Shown here: one piece after another, positions 19,478 through 27,973 of the stretch
How the letters are laid out: each line of letters starts with the position of its first letter
Position numbering within the stretch: position 1 is the first letter of the stretch
Virus record (IMG/VR): IMGVR_UViG_3300011952_000001
Coordinates: 771-64,770 of that record
DNA: 64,000 nt
Reading direction: 5' to 3' (one strand)
Source of the DNA: a virus
Lineage: Duplodnaviria; Caudoviricetes
Position numbers and translations under genes: made by a program
Notes under the pieces: generated by a model
The model's input: only the letters and a program-made list of their open reading frames with translations
Databases searched by the model: none
Told to the model about the DNA's origin: nothing

Positions 19478-19765
19478 ATGATTATCATTAACAATACAGA
19501 GGAAACGAAAGTCAAAGTATTAAGCGTGTTTTCGTTTGGAGAAATCGCGATCGATTATGACATGAGTACTTTTCCGCAACCTGAAAACATACCAGGTAAA
19601 ACGTACGAAATGTTCTACGACAAGGAAACAAAGTCGTTATATTATGAGTACACTGATATTCCTAAAACAGAGATTGAGTTGTTACAAGCCGAGAATGAAG
19701 CATTTAAACAATCTCAAGCAGATCAAGACGAAAATATTATGCTGCTACTGTTGGGAGGTAATTAA
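19478..19765 (+). CDS. Tail fibre chaperone-like protein (XkdW-like)
   Basis: ATG 19478 behind AAAGGAG; C-terminal coiled coil ELLQAENEAFKQSQAD. Confidence 0.6.
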   Translation: MIIINNTEETKVKVLSVFSFGEIAIDYDMSTFPQPENIPGKTYEMFYDKETKSLYYEYTDIPKTEIELLQAENEAFKQSQADQDENIMLLLLGGN

Positions 19766-19766
19766 T

Positions 19767-19913
19767 ATGAGCGCTATATATAATCTATTCTTACGTAATT
19801 GGTGTAATTGCAGAGCGTCCGAGGAGCAAATTGATTTAGCGGCTACAAAAGGTCTAATTACCGAAGATGAAGCCGTTAAAATAAAGGAAACTCCGCAAAA
19901 TTCGCCAGCATAA
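19767..19913 (+). CDS. XkdX-like small protein
   Basis: ATG 19767 behind GGAGG; 48 aa with KGLITEDEA..I motif. Confidence 0.75.
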   Translation: MSAIYNLFLRNWCNCRASEEQIDLAATKGLITEDEAVKIKETPQNSPA

Positions 19914-19934
19914 TCGTTATAAAGGAGGTCGCAA

Positions 19935-20207
19935 ATGAACGATCAATCAGTATTACTTGACGTATATGAACGTCTTGGCGGAATCGACGCGAAGATAGAC
20001 GATTTCAGGACGATACGCGAAACGGCCAATCGAGCGGAAGCAACCGCAGAACAGGCATTAACGCTGAGTCAACGCAATGAAGCCGAATTGAAAGACATGC
20101 GCACAGAGACGAATAACAATAGACGCTGGCTTATCGGTACAGTCATCGGAGGAGTCTTGTCGATGGCATCCGTTATTGTCGCTATCATTGCGGTTTTAGC
20201 TAATTAA
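19935..20207 (+). CDS. XhlA-like lysis/membrane protein
   Basis: Coiled coil plus C-terminal transmembrane segment RWLIGTVIGG; precedes holin. Confidence 0.7.
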   Translation: MNDQSVLLDVYERLGGIDAKIDDFRTIRETANRAEATAEQALTLSQRNEAELKDMRTETNNNRRWLIGTVIGGVLSMASVIVAIIAVLAN

Positions 20208-20229
20208 TCACGAAAGGATTGACGCATAT

Positions 20230-20511
20230 ATGACGCAAATTAACTGGAAAGTGCGCATCAAAAATCCGCAGTTTTGGATTTCGGTAGCTTTATCGCTAGG
20301 CACGCCGTTATTCGCTTACTACGGTATTTCTGGCGCAGAATTAACAACGTGGGGTAGCGTATGGAGCCTCGCAACTGATGCGGTCTCAAATCCGTATGTG
20401 CTGACGTTGATGGGCGCAAGCTTATACGGTTCGTTGAACGATCCTACTACGAAGGGATTCAGCGATAGTCAACGCGCTATGTCGTACCATAAACCGGGTG
20501 AGATGAAATGA
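20230..20511 (+). CDS. Holin (phi LC3-like)
   Basis: INWKVRIKNPQFW and NDPTTKGFSDS motifs. Confidence 0.9.
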   Translation: MTQINWKVRIKNPQFWISVALSLGTPLFAYYGISGAELTTWGSVWSLATDAVSNPYVLTLMGASLYGSLNDPTTKGFSDSQRAMSYHKPGEMK

Positions 20512-21191
20512 GCTATACGTTTAAACAAAACCTATTGCCAGCGAGCAAGTACCCGATTAAGTCGCCGTATTCGATGACGCCTCAATTTATTACGGTGCAC
20601 AATACGGCCAATGATGCGTCTGCAGAGAACGAAATTAAATACATGCTTACGAACGGCAATCAAGTATCGTACCATGTCGCAGTGGATGATAAAAACGTTA
20701 TTCAAGCTATTCCGTTCAATCGTAATGCCTGGCATTGTGGGGACGGACAGGGCAGCGGTAATCTAAAGTCTATCGGCGTGGAAATCTGCTACAGCAAAAG
20801 TGGCGGCGCTAGGTATCTTATTGCCGAGGAAAATGCCGTACAATATATCGCTAGCCTATTGAAGCAATACGGTTGGAGCATCGAACGAGTACGTAAACAC
20901 CAGGACTGGAACGGTAAGTATTGCCCTCATCGTATTTTAGACGAAGGACGTTGGAGCAGCTTCTTAAAACGCATTGAGAACGCATTGAACGCTAAAAACG
21001 AAATAGTCGGAGAGGATGACGATGTTATGCAATTTACAAATGAAACACTTAAAGCTGCAGTACGCGACTACCTCAAACAAGCTGTAGAAAAAAAGCTTAT
21101 TGATAAATCGCACCTCGAAAAATTTGATGCTGGAACATTGACTAGCGGAGACTTCGAAGGATTAAAGATCATCGTTGCACAACGTAGTTAA
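20508..21191 (+). CDS. Endolysin, N-acetylmuramoyl-L-alanine amidase (Amidase_2, XlyA-like)
   Basis: ITVHNTAND, SYH.AVDD, AWHCGDG, SIGVEICYS, KHQDWNGKYCP motifs. Confidence 0.95.
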   Translation: MSYTFKQNLLPASKYPIKSPYSMTPQFITVHNTANDASAENEIKYMLTNGNQVSYHVAVDDKNVIQAIPFNRNAWHCGDGQGSGNLKSIGVEICYSKSGGARYLIAEENAVQYIASLLKQYGWSIERVRKHQDWNGKYCPHRILDEGRWSSFLKRIENALNAKNEIVGEDDDVMQFTNETLKAAVRDYLKQAVEKKLIDKSHLEKFDAGTLTSGDFEGLKIIVAQRS

Positions 21192-21202
21192 TACGATTAA
21201 AA

Positions 21203-21238
21203 GACCGTAGGGCATCGCTGCCTTGCGGTCGATTTTTT
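21203..21238. terminator. Intrinsic terminator between convergent genes
   Basis: GACCGTAGGGCA-TCGC-TGCCTTGCGGTC stem followed by T tract; A tract upstream. Confidence 0.82.
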
Positions 21239-21242
21239 ATGC

Positions 21243-21872
21243 TCAATCTCGCCACTTCATATCGAGAAATTCGTTTACTGCCTCCTTAATTCGCGTCACA
21301 GGGCTTCCGACTTCCTCAATCACATATTCAATCAACGAAGCCCACGAATGGTGCGATTCGCCTTTCTTCGTTACATACCGTAAAATCGCCTGCAGCTCAC
21401 GCATCTGTGAATTAGTCAATTCCTCCGTTAAATACTGTTTGATATACGCATTTACAAATCGGATATTCTTCATTCCTATATCGAGTAATATCGCTACTGT
21501 CCGTGACGGCGTACAATCCAACGCATAGCTCAACAAAGCAACCGATTCAAACTCTTTCTGCGTAAATCTTATCGTCACACGTTCTCCTCTTACTTTTGGC
21601 CGTTTCTCCATCGTCTCGTTCGTTATATGTCCGCGAAACATCGTATGGCCCATAATAAGATCACGCTTGAAATAGACGGATAGTTGTTCGATTACTTTGC
21701 GGTCATGGAGGACAAGCATCGCCATTTGTTGGCATACGTCCTTGACTGGCGTAAACGTGATATAAGAAATACGGTAAAGAACGTCTTTTAAATCCAACGA
21801 GATAGTGGGCTTTACATCTCGCTTCTTATCTGAGCGAGCTAAACGGGCCTTCCCTGCTCTTTCGATTTTCAT
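21243..21872 (-). CDS. Hypothetical protein, possibly DNA-binding (two RHH-like segments)
   Basis: ATG at 21872 behind GGGAGGGAG; RSDKKRDVKPTIS and RVTIRFTQ..F..VA.L.YALD segments. Confidence 0.65.
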   Translation of the reverse strand: MKIERAGKARLARSDKKRDVKPTISLDLKDVLYRISYITFTPVKDVCQQMAMLVLHDRKVIEQLSVYFKRDLIMGHTMFRGHITNETMEKRPKVRGERVTIRFTQKEFESVALLSYALDCTPSRTVAILLDIGMKNIRFVNAYIKQYLTEELTNSQMRELQAILRYVTKKGESHHSWASLIEYVIEEVGSPVTRIKEAVNEFLDMKWRD

Positions 21873-22023
21873 TTTCTCCCTCCCAAAGGCGAAGTTAGCG
21901 TAGGGACACATTCCAGACGTCCCTAGCACGTTTCTATAAAGTATGAGAGAGCGAAGTTGTCCTATTCCTGATTAGATTTTTAATCGGCGGGGCATAATGG
22001 TTTTAAAAGGCGGTGAATTATCG

Positions 22024-22137
22024 ATGGCAAACGAAGATAAAAAACGTTCAATCGTGGAAGGCGTGGCTAAAATGTCTGAGAAGTACGGCTACCCTACTAT
22101 CCCAAAAAAGAAGAAGAAAAAGAAAAAGACCGAGTAG
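22024..22137 (+). CDS. 37-aa peptide with poly-lysine tail
   Basis: MANEDKKRSIVEGVAKMSEKYGYPTIPKKKKKKKKTE; RBS AAAAGGCGGTGA; below the ORF-track cutoff. Confidence 0.55.
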   Translation: MANEDKKRSIVEGVAKMSEKYGYPTIPKKKKKKKKTE

Positions 22138-22163
22138 ACTTTGCGTTGTCCACTCGGTTTTAT

Positions 22164-22355
22164 TTACTTATTATACTTACTATCCAGTTCGGTTACGGAT
22201 TGTAAAAAGTCTAATGTGGCGGCTTGTATCTTTTCGTAATCAAAACCGTGATTTTGACCCATTTGGGAAATTAAGAAAGTCAGTAAATAGTTTTTATCAA
22301 CATTCTCCAACATTTTTCTGATTTGATTTTGTTCCTCAAATGTCAAGGCAGTCAC
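22164..22355 (-). CDS. Small hypothetical protein, third gene of the par operon (start may be TTG 22346)
   Basis: 63-aa ORF downstream of the parR-like gene; RBS AAAGAGGTGA. Confidence 0.55.
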   Translation of the reverse strand: MTALTFEEQNQIRKMLENVDKNYLLTFLISQMGQNHGFDYEKIQAATLDFLQSVTELDSKYNK

Positions 22356-22374
22356 CTCTTTGTGTTAGTTTCAT

Positions 22375-22647
22375 TTAATCGTTATCATATACTCGCTTTG
22401 AGCCAAAGCCGAGTTTTTTCTTCGGTTTCACTTCCTGAGCTATTGGTCCACTATCGCCACGCTGTGCAAGCACCTCGTCCAGTAATCGCTTAACTCTAAC
22501 GTCGAATTGTTCTTCCTCTTTATGTCGCATGTACGCTCTCGCAGCCATCTTAAAAAATGTTGCTCGCTGCAATCCACTTGCTTGCATTTCTTCGATTATA
22601 TCCGCATCTGCTTCCGTTAGTACGACCTCAACGCGTAGCTTCGTCAA
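22375..22647 (-). CDS. ParR-like centromere-binding adaptor
   Basis: Overlaps the 3' end of parM; N-terminal beta-strand/helix pattern of RHH proteins; basic C-terminal tail. Confidence 0.72.
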   Translation of the reverse strand: MTKLRVEVVLTEADADIIEEMQASGLQRATFFKMAARAYMRHKEEEQFDVRVKRLLDEVLAQRGDSGPIAQEVKPKKKLGFGSKRVYDND

Positions 22648-23701
22648 CAGTAGTCACCTCATTTATCAAGCCATATTTGTAATATCCGCGTACATTCGCT
22701 GTTTCACTGCCAGGTACAAAATGCGCTATTTTAATTACGCGATTAAACTCGTCTTTAATAAGAAGATTCGCAGTTCCGCCAGTTACGTATATTTTTCGCA
22801 TACTTGCCATTGCTTTAAACGTCGACTTCACGGATTGTGCTATGTTGCGTGTATATAATTTGCGTTCCTTCATAATCATGTCCGTAAAATCAAGCGTTTC
22901 ACGACCGTTTGGTGACCACGTATAGACCTCTTTATCGTTGCCCTCACGTACAATACGCTCAACCTCATGCTCTGAGATTTTATAGCCTTTATCGATAATT
23001 CGGTTACGAATCTCCGTGAATAGCGAATATGACCCTTCTTCAAGCTGAACGCGATGCTTCGTATCGAGGTTCATATTATCGAATGCGTTGATAATAACCG
23101 TACCGCCACCAACGTCAACCACGCCTACATAACCGTCCTCAATATCGTTATCTTCTTTAATATTGCCTAAAGCGTCAACCATAGCGTCGATTGCTGTGCC
23201 GACAGGCTGCATAAGTACGTCAACTGATCGTACGTGTACGTAATGGTCCACACCGTCAATTTTAGCGCTGTGTACTCCGATTAGTGCGTTGCGAATATGT
23301 CGGATTGTTTCTTCGTTATCATAATCGTCTGTTGGTACGCCTGTTACGACAGCAACATCGATTGCATTCTTAGTTGAATCGCTAAAGTCGCGCGCTAATT
23401 CCGCAAGTGCTAGGTCGGATAACACTTTAAATTCAAGCGTATCATATCGTCTATTGAAGTCTAATGTATCTGTAACACGTTTGCGGTTTACGTCTAAGCC
23501 CGTTCCCCAGACGTATGTAAAGTCGGCATCTCGCCCACTGACGTAATCACTTGTTGTCTGTTCTTCCTTTTTAACTAACGCTAGTACGTCGCGCTTGCCG
23601 TATTCTGCGGCATTAACAAAATAACTAGGTAGGACTTTCGTAGCTTTTTCGCTCATTAACTTAACTTGACGGTTTCCTAAATCTAACGCAAATAATTGCA
23701 T
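22628..23701 (-). CDS. parM: Actin-like partition ATPase (ParM/StbA/Alp7A-like)
   Basis: ALDLGNRQVK (phosphate 1), VVTGVP, MQPVG, VVDVGGGTV (phosphate 2), YVTGGTA (adenosine). Confidence 0.92.
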   Translation of the reverse strand: MQLFALDLGNRQVKLMSEKATKVLPSYFVNAAEYGKRDVLALVKKEEQTTSDYVSGRDADFTYVWGTGLDVNRKRVTDTLDFNRRYDTLEFKVLSDLALAELARDFSDSTKNAIDVAVVTGVPTDDYDNEETIRHIRNALIGVHSAKIDGVDHYVHVRSVDVLMQPVGTAIDAMVDALGNIKEDNDIEDGYVGVVDVGGGTVIINAFDNMNLDTKHRVQLEEGSYSLFTEIRNRIIDKGYKISEHEVERIVREGNDKEVYTWSPNGRETLDFTDMIMKERKLYTRNIAQSVKSTFKAMASMRKIYVTGGTANLLIKDEFNRVIKIAHFVPGSETANVRGYYKYGLINEVTTVDEATR

Positions 23702-23724
23702 TTAATCGCCTCCGATTTGTTTTA

Positions 23725-23807
23725 TACCGTAATTATAACACAAATTTACCGTAATGCAACACTTACCAAAAAATTTACCGTAATTGATTACGTATAATTT
23801 ACCGTAA
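23725..23807. repeat. parC-like centromere repeats
   Basis: AATTTACCGTAA at 23743, 23772 and 23796; partial TACC/TACG copies at 23725, 23764, 23789; directly upstream of parM. Confidence 0.75.
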
Positions 23808-23858
23808 ATTAGATATATACATAAAAATAACGCTACCTCATTTTCGAGATAGCGCGTC

Positions 23859-23918
23859 TGGGGATAAATGAATTTTATGCTTGCATTTCCGTTTTTTGCG
23901 GTGTAAAGTTGTGGATAA
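23859..23918. promoter_or_regulatory. Two DnaA boxes plus putative + strand rep promoter
   Basis: TGTGGATAA 23910-23918 (reverse complement of consensus TTATCCACA); TGGGGATAA 23859-23867 (one mismatch); TTGCAT-17-TAAAGT 23881-23909. Confidence 0.62.
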
Positions 23919-23937
23919 CAAAACAAATGAACGGAAA

Positions 23938-24047
23938 TAGAAAAAAGCCGGCGTGTTAAGAGGTGTACCACCACCCGTTAACCGTCAACCGCGAACCGAA
24001 CTCGCGACCAACACTTTACCGACTTTTTTTCGTTTACATATATAATA
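23938..24047 (-). ncRNA. Putative countertranscribed antisense RNA (~110 nt) in the rep leader
   Basis: Minus-strand promoter TTTACA-17-TACAAT with extended TG (24081-24053); branched stem-loop closed by AGTCGGT/GCCGGCT and followed by a U tract. Confidence 0.62.
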
Positions 24048-24098
24048 TAGACATTGTAGCATCTATTTATGTGTGTGTAAAGCGATTTTAAGTAAAAT

Positions 24099-24141
24099 AA
24101 AGCGTCTGTGTCGTAAGTAAAATGCGATATAGGCGCTTTTT
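24099..24141 (+). terminator. Attenuator-like hairpin just before the rep RBS
   Basis: AAAGCGTCT-GTGTCGT...ATGCGATA-TAGGCGCTTTTT. Confidence 0.6.
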
Positions 24142-24167
24142 CGTTTTCCCTAACGGAGGGTAACGCT

Positions 24168-25121
24168 ATGACTACTAATACATACGCAGAAGAACGTGGA
24201 TATGACATGCTATCTAAATTCGATAGTATACGAGATTTCAATAATCAATTCGAACAAGCTATGCTGACGATAAAATCCGTATTTACTAAATCGGAATACA
24301 TTGCGCTTAATAAGTTGCGCAAATTCGCAGGCAGCGCAATAGCCGGCGTTGCTTGGTGCAAAGCACAAAAAGCCGTAGCTGCTACGCATATGGACGCACT
24401 GATTGGCGTTAGTCGCTCGACTTTCAATCGAATGCTCCGTAAGGCAGCGTCGCATAATCTGCTAACAATTATTCGCCAGGAGCGCAGTAATAAGTATCAA
24501 ACGCATAACGTTTACGTGTTTAATCGTGCTGACGAAGTTGTCGAAATTGTTTCAAAAACGGATACAATTGACGTAGCTGACAACGCGAAAATTGACCAAG
24601 CAATATCTCTTAGTCTTTCCGATCTACCATTACAAAAACAAGTAAAAGAACTTAAAGAGACGCATATAAGCGATTCTGAAAATGAAGCCGAAGTGCAAAA
24701 AGACGTTGAGCAGACGATGACAGTTGAAGAACAACGCCAGTATGTCGAGAAGTACACAACTAACGAATACCAAATCGCTACATTCCGTCTAATTGACTCT
24801 ATGCCAATGGCAAGCGCAATCAAAGCGCAAGCACACGTAATAGCTCTACGAGTAGGCTCAGACGCTACGATTACGGACTTCATTCGTGCTAAAACGGTGC
24901 TCCTAAATATGTCCATATCAGCAGGCGAAGGTGCGTCGTTTAATAACGTCGTAGGAGCGTTTACAGCTTCGTATAACAACGCAAAAGCGCGTCCAAGCTA
25001 TAAGCCTAAACAGGCAGAAAAAGCGTCTGGAACGAAAGCTGTGCCGTTTTACAACTGGCTGAAAGAGCGGAGTCATGCGTCTGGTCGTGCTGTGCGCAAT
25101 TGGATTACCGGAGACAAATAA
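24168..25121 (+). CDS. Plasmid-type replication initiator (winged-HTH), putative
   Basis: wHTH segment GVSRSTFNRMLRKA...LLTIIRQER...HNVYVF; C-terminal VPFYNWL motif; divergent from parM with origin-like leader. Confidence 0.68.
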   Translation: MTTNTYAEERGYDMLSKFDSIRDFNNQFEQAMLTIKSVFTKSEYIALNKLRKFAGSAIAGVAWCKAQKAVAATHMDALIGVSRSTFNRMLRKAASHNLLTIIRQERSNKYQTHNVYVFNRADEVVEIVSKTDTIDVADNAKIDQAISLSLSDLPLQKQVKELKETHISDSENEAEVQKDVEQTMTVEEQRQYVEKYTTNEYQIATFRLIDSMPMASAIKAQAHVIALRVGSDATITDFIRAKTVLLNMSISAGEGASFNNVVGAFTASYNNAKARPSYKPKQAEKASGTKAVPFYNWLKERSHASGRAVRNWITGDK

Positions 25122-25143
25122 AAAAGACGCCTTAATCGGCGTC
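25120..25143. terminator. Terminator between convergent rep and Xre genes
   Basis: AAAAAA-GACGCC-TTAATC-GGCGTC. Confidence 0.7.
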
Positions 25144-25374
25144 CTGTTCGTCATCTCTTACGTATATCATGACGTCCTCCAGCGAGTGTTTTGCGCCAGT
25201 TAGCCGTTCTAGTGCTGGAATTAATCTATCGACCATTTCGATATTTACTCGTTTTACAGTTCCGTGGCACAACTGATGGATAGTCGCTGCTCTAGTGTCG
25301 GATTCTTCTGCAAGTTCTATTTGTTGTATGTCGTATCTATGTAGCGTTTTTGCAAGTGTAAATTGTATTGGCAA
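25132..25374 (-). CDS. Xre/Cro-C1-type HTH regulator
   Basis: QIELAEESDTRAATIHQL..G.VKRVN...DRL pattern. Confidence 0.85.
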   Translation of the reverse strand: MPIQFTLAKTLHRYDIQQIELAEESDTRAATIHQLCHGTVKRVNIEMVDRLIPALERLTGAKHSLEDVMIYVRDDEQDAD

Positions 25375-25388
25375 CGTGTTCCATCTCC

Positions 25389-26072
25389 TTATTGCTTACT
25401 AAATAGCGGATGTTCCCAGTAGTAGTCTGCGATAGTTGGTACGTTCTTGTGTAAAACGTTTTTAAAATCTATTTTCTCGAGCGTGGCTTTACTCATACCG
25501 ATTTCAACGATAACTCCGTCGGATGTTTTTCCGTATGCATCGGTTAACTCCGTATAGAATGATACGTCCACATCGTTTGCACCGTTAAGTAACGATTCTT
25601 CTCGTACTTTTTCAGCGATGTCAAGCATGTCCATGTAAGTACCTTTAAGCATCATATTTTGCGTAAAGTTTCCGGGTGTAGTTACTTGAATCCATAGCGT
25701 ATTATCTTCGAACTTATGTTTGCGATAATTTTCTTTACCGACTACATCAACAACGGCGTCTTTTATCTTTTCGTCAATTGTACGATTAGCCAGACGTTCT
25801 TTTTCAGCCTCTTCTTTAGCTGCTTTTTTCTCTGCTGTAGCTTTTTCCTCAGCTTGCTCTTTCTCTTTTTCTTTGGTTAATTCAGCTTCTATTTTCTTCT
25901 GTTTGGCATCATTTTCAGCTTGTGCTGCAGCCTTTTCTTCTGCCTTTTGAGCTTCTAACTTATCGTTATATCCTGTAAGTTCAGAAACTTTGCCGATAAT
26001 AAACAGTGCCACAAAAACTATCCCAATCCATTTCCATACCTTCTTTTTCTTATACCAAGGGCTATTCATCAA
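25389..26072 (-). CDS. Membrane-anchored extracytoplasmic protein (superinfection-exclusion candidate)
   Basis: WYKKKKVWKW + single transmembrane helix, A/E/K-rich stalk, globular C-terminus; co-oriented with the Xre gene. Confidence 0.65.
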   Translation of the reverse strand: MMNSPWYKKKKVWKWIGIVFVALFIIGKVSELTGYNDKLEAQKAEEKAAAQAENDAKQKKIEAELTKEKEKEQAEEKATAEKKAAKEEAEKERLANRTIDEKIKDAVVDVVGKENYRKHKFEDNTLWIQVTTPGNFTQNMMLKGTYMDMLDIAEKVREESLLNGANDVDVSFYTELTDAYGKTSDGVIVEIGMSKATLEKIDFKNVLHKNVPTIADYYWEHPLFSKQ

Positions 26073-26161
26073 TTTTCCTCCGTTACATTTAATTTCCTTT
26101 TATTTATATACGTATATTTTACGATATAGTTCGTGGGTATTTAGCCTCATTTTATAAAAAA

Positions 26162-26193
26162 GTGATATCGAAAATTAAATTATAGTCGGTACT
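26162..26193 (+). promoter_or_regulatory. Bipartite motif GTGATATC-N14-AGTCGGTACT, copy 1
   Basis: Identical halves and spacing recur at 36104-36135. Confidence 0.72.
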
Positions 26194-26215
26194 TAAGTGT
26201 AAGGAGGTGCTTAAG

Positions 26216-26611
26216 GTGTCCGAAACCAAACTCGTAAGTATCGAATCACAAACGGAACAATCGTTATTATCCGGAAAATCAGAAACGAGAATCTTCGTAA
26301 AAATGTACGTTGATGCTGTTCGAACCGGGCTAATCGCAGATATGGGCGCTAAGAATTGGACGACACTTTGCGTCATCGCCTCGTATATGAACGAGAAGGG
26401 CGAATGTTACCCGACGCAATCGCAAATAGCAAAAGGGCTAGGCGTCAGTAGGCAAACGGCCAGTAAATATATAAACGATTTATTAGCGTATAGATGGCAA
26501 GGTCAGGCGGTTGTTGAAGTCGTGAAGGCTCGCGATAAAGGGCGCTTTGATAACTCTCGATATACTGTAAAATCCGTCAGTAGTCTCGAGATATTCAACC
26601 ATGTCAAGTAG
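26216..26611 (+). CDS. HTH protein, phage replication-initiator-like (HTH_36-type)
   Basis: GTG 26216 behind AAGGAGG; CYPTQSQIAKGLGVSRQTASKYINDL HTH. Confidence 0.75.
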   Translation: MSETKLVSIESQTEQSLLSGKSETRIFVKMYVDAVRTGLIADMGAKNWTTLCVIASYMNEKGECYPTQSQIAKGLGVSRQTASKYINDLLAYRWQGQAVVEVVKARDKGRFDNSRYTVKSVSSLEIFNHVK

Positions 26612-26612
26612 T

Positions 26613-26700
26613 ACCGACACCGTAACCACCGACACCATACGTGTTGACACTAAGAAGAACTATCTTTAACAAGAACTATTATTAACAAGATAAAACATAT
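26613..26700. repeat. Iteron-like repeats followed by AT-rich repeats
   Basis: GACAC at 26616, 26631, 26646 (15-bp period); AAGAACTATNNTTAAC twice at 16-bp period (26655, 26671). Confidence 0.62.
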
Positions 26701-26827
26701 TAACGAGTCTTTATGCTAACGCATAAATCCTCTATGTCGCTATCGCTCCATATCTGATGTTCAATAATCGACATTATCGCAATCTAAAAGAATTACGCCA
26801 GAATATTAAGGAGGTATATATATCGTT

Positions 26828-26989
26828 ATGATCGTTATTATACGTAATCAAAATAACTGTGACCACGTTTTCAGCTTTACAACGCAAGATGGCGTTCATA
26901 TCTTCAAATGCGAGTCATGTGGCGCAGAACATCACTTTGTTAACGAAAACAGTCCCGTTGAAAATATCGCCTTCATTTCGCCTTTATAA
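26828..26989 (+). CDS. 53-aa zinc-ribbon-like protein
   Basis: MIVIIRNQNNCDHVF...FKCESCGAEHHF...; RBS AAGGAGG; below track cutoff. Confidence 0.55.
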   Translation: MIVIIRNQNNCDHVFSFTTQDGVHIFKCESCGAEHHFVNENSPVENIAFISPL

Positions 26990-27068
26990 ACGTGGCTAAA
27001 AACGGTTTTAAATTGCAAGTCGATGTATTTGTCATTCAAAGGCTAGAACGCTTAAAACGAAAGGAGAA

Positions 27069-27953
27069 TTGACGGAAATGGGAAACGAAGTATCAACGTT
27101 ATCATCAGATATAAACGTAATCACAGCCGAGATTAACGCTTACCAACGTGTGGCTGGCGAAGCTATCTTCGAGATTGGTAAACGGTTGAAGCACGTTAAG
27201 GAAAACGATTTGGCACACGGTGAGTATATGTCGTGGCTTAAAACGATGGAAATCGAGCACACGACAGCAACCCGCATGATTAAAGCATTCGAGCAATTTC
27301 GAAATGTTGCGACGTCGCAAGGTTTGAGCGTTGGTAAAATATTCGAAATGCTATCGCTTCCAAGCGAAATTGACCGTCAACAATTCGTAGAACAACCACA
27401 CACAATACCGTCCACAGGCGAGTCTAAGTCGGTTGACGAAATGACTGTACGTGAATTGCGGGAAGTTAAGGCAGAATTGAAGCGCAAGGACGCAATGCTC
27501 GCGGAAAAGGAACGTAGCGAAGAAATACTCACACAACAAAATGAAAGGCTCACGGACGAGTTAGCGTCTGTAACAAAGCTGAAAGAGATCATAGTTGAGA
27601 AGGAAGTCGAGAAAGTCGTTGAAATCGATAAGACAGACTATTTGGTAGTTGAACGTTTGAGAGCATATGAGGAACGCTTCGGAGCGCTAGAGAATTATTC
27701 TGATAGAGTACGTGCTACAAACGTATCGGACGCAACTACTGCGATTGTTTCGTTTAATATGGCTGTTCGAGATTTCATTAAACGTCACGCATTTTTAATT
27801 AAGTACAACGATACAATTCAGTACGTTGACCAAGTGACACAACGCGAATATAACGAGGCTGTACAAGCATTAAAGGAAATATCGGCAGATTTCAGTAAAG
27901 TAACTGGAATCGGGGATTTTGTAGACGTGGAGTATACAGAAGTACAACAATAA
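27069..27953 (+). CDS. DUF3102-domain protein
   Basis: [40 protein letters not shown]; [11 protein letters not shown]. Confidence 0.8.
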   Translation: MTEMGNEVSTLSSDINVITAEINAYQRVAGEAIFEIGKRLKHVKENDLAHGEYMSWLKTMEIEHTTATRMIKAFEQFRNVATSQGLSVGKIFEMLSLPSEIDRQQFVEQPHTIPSTGESKSVDEMTVRELREVKAELKRKDAMLAEKERSEEILTQQNERLTDELASVTKLKEIIVEKEVEKVVEIDKTDYLVVERLRAYEERFGALENYSDRVRATNVSDATTAIVSFNMAVRDFIKRHAFLIKYNDTIQYVDQVTQREYNEAVQALKEISADFSKVTGIGDFVDVEYTEVQQ

Positions 27954-27973
27954 AAACGAGGAGGAAATTGATT

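Noticed and set aside
21192-27000. Arbitrium (aimR/aimP) or Rap-Phr communication cassette
   Set aside because: No TPR-like ~380-aa receptor or signal-peptide propeptide; the 37-aa peptide lacks a hydrophobic signal sequence.
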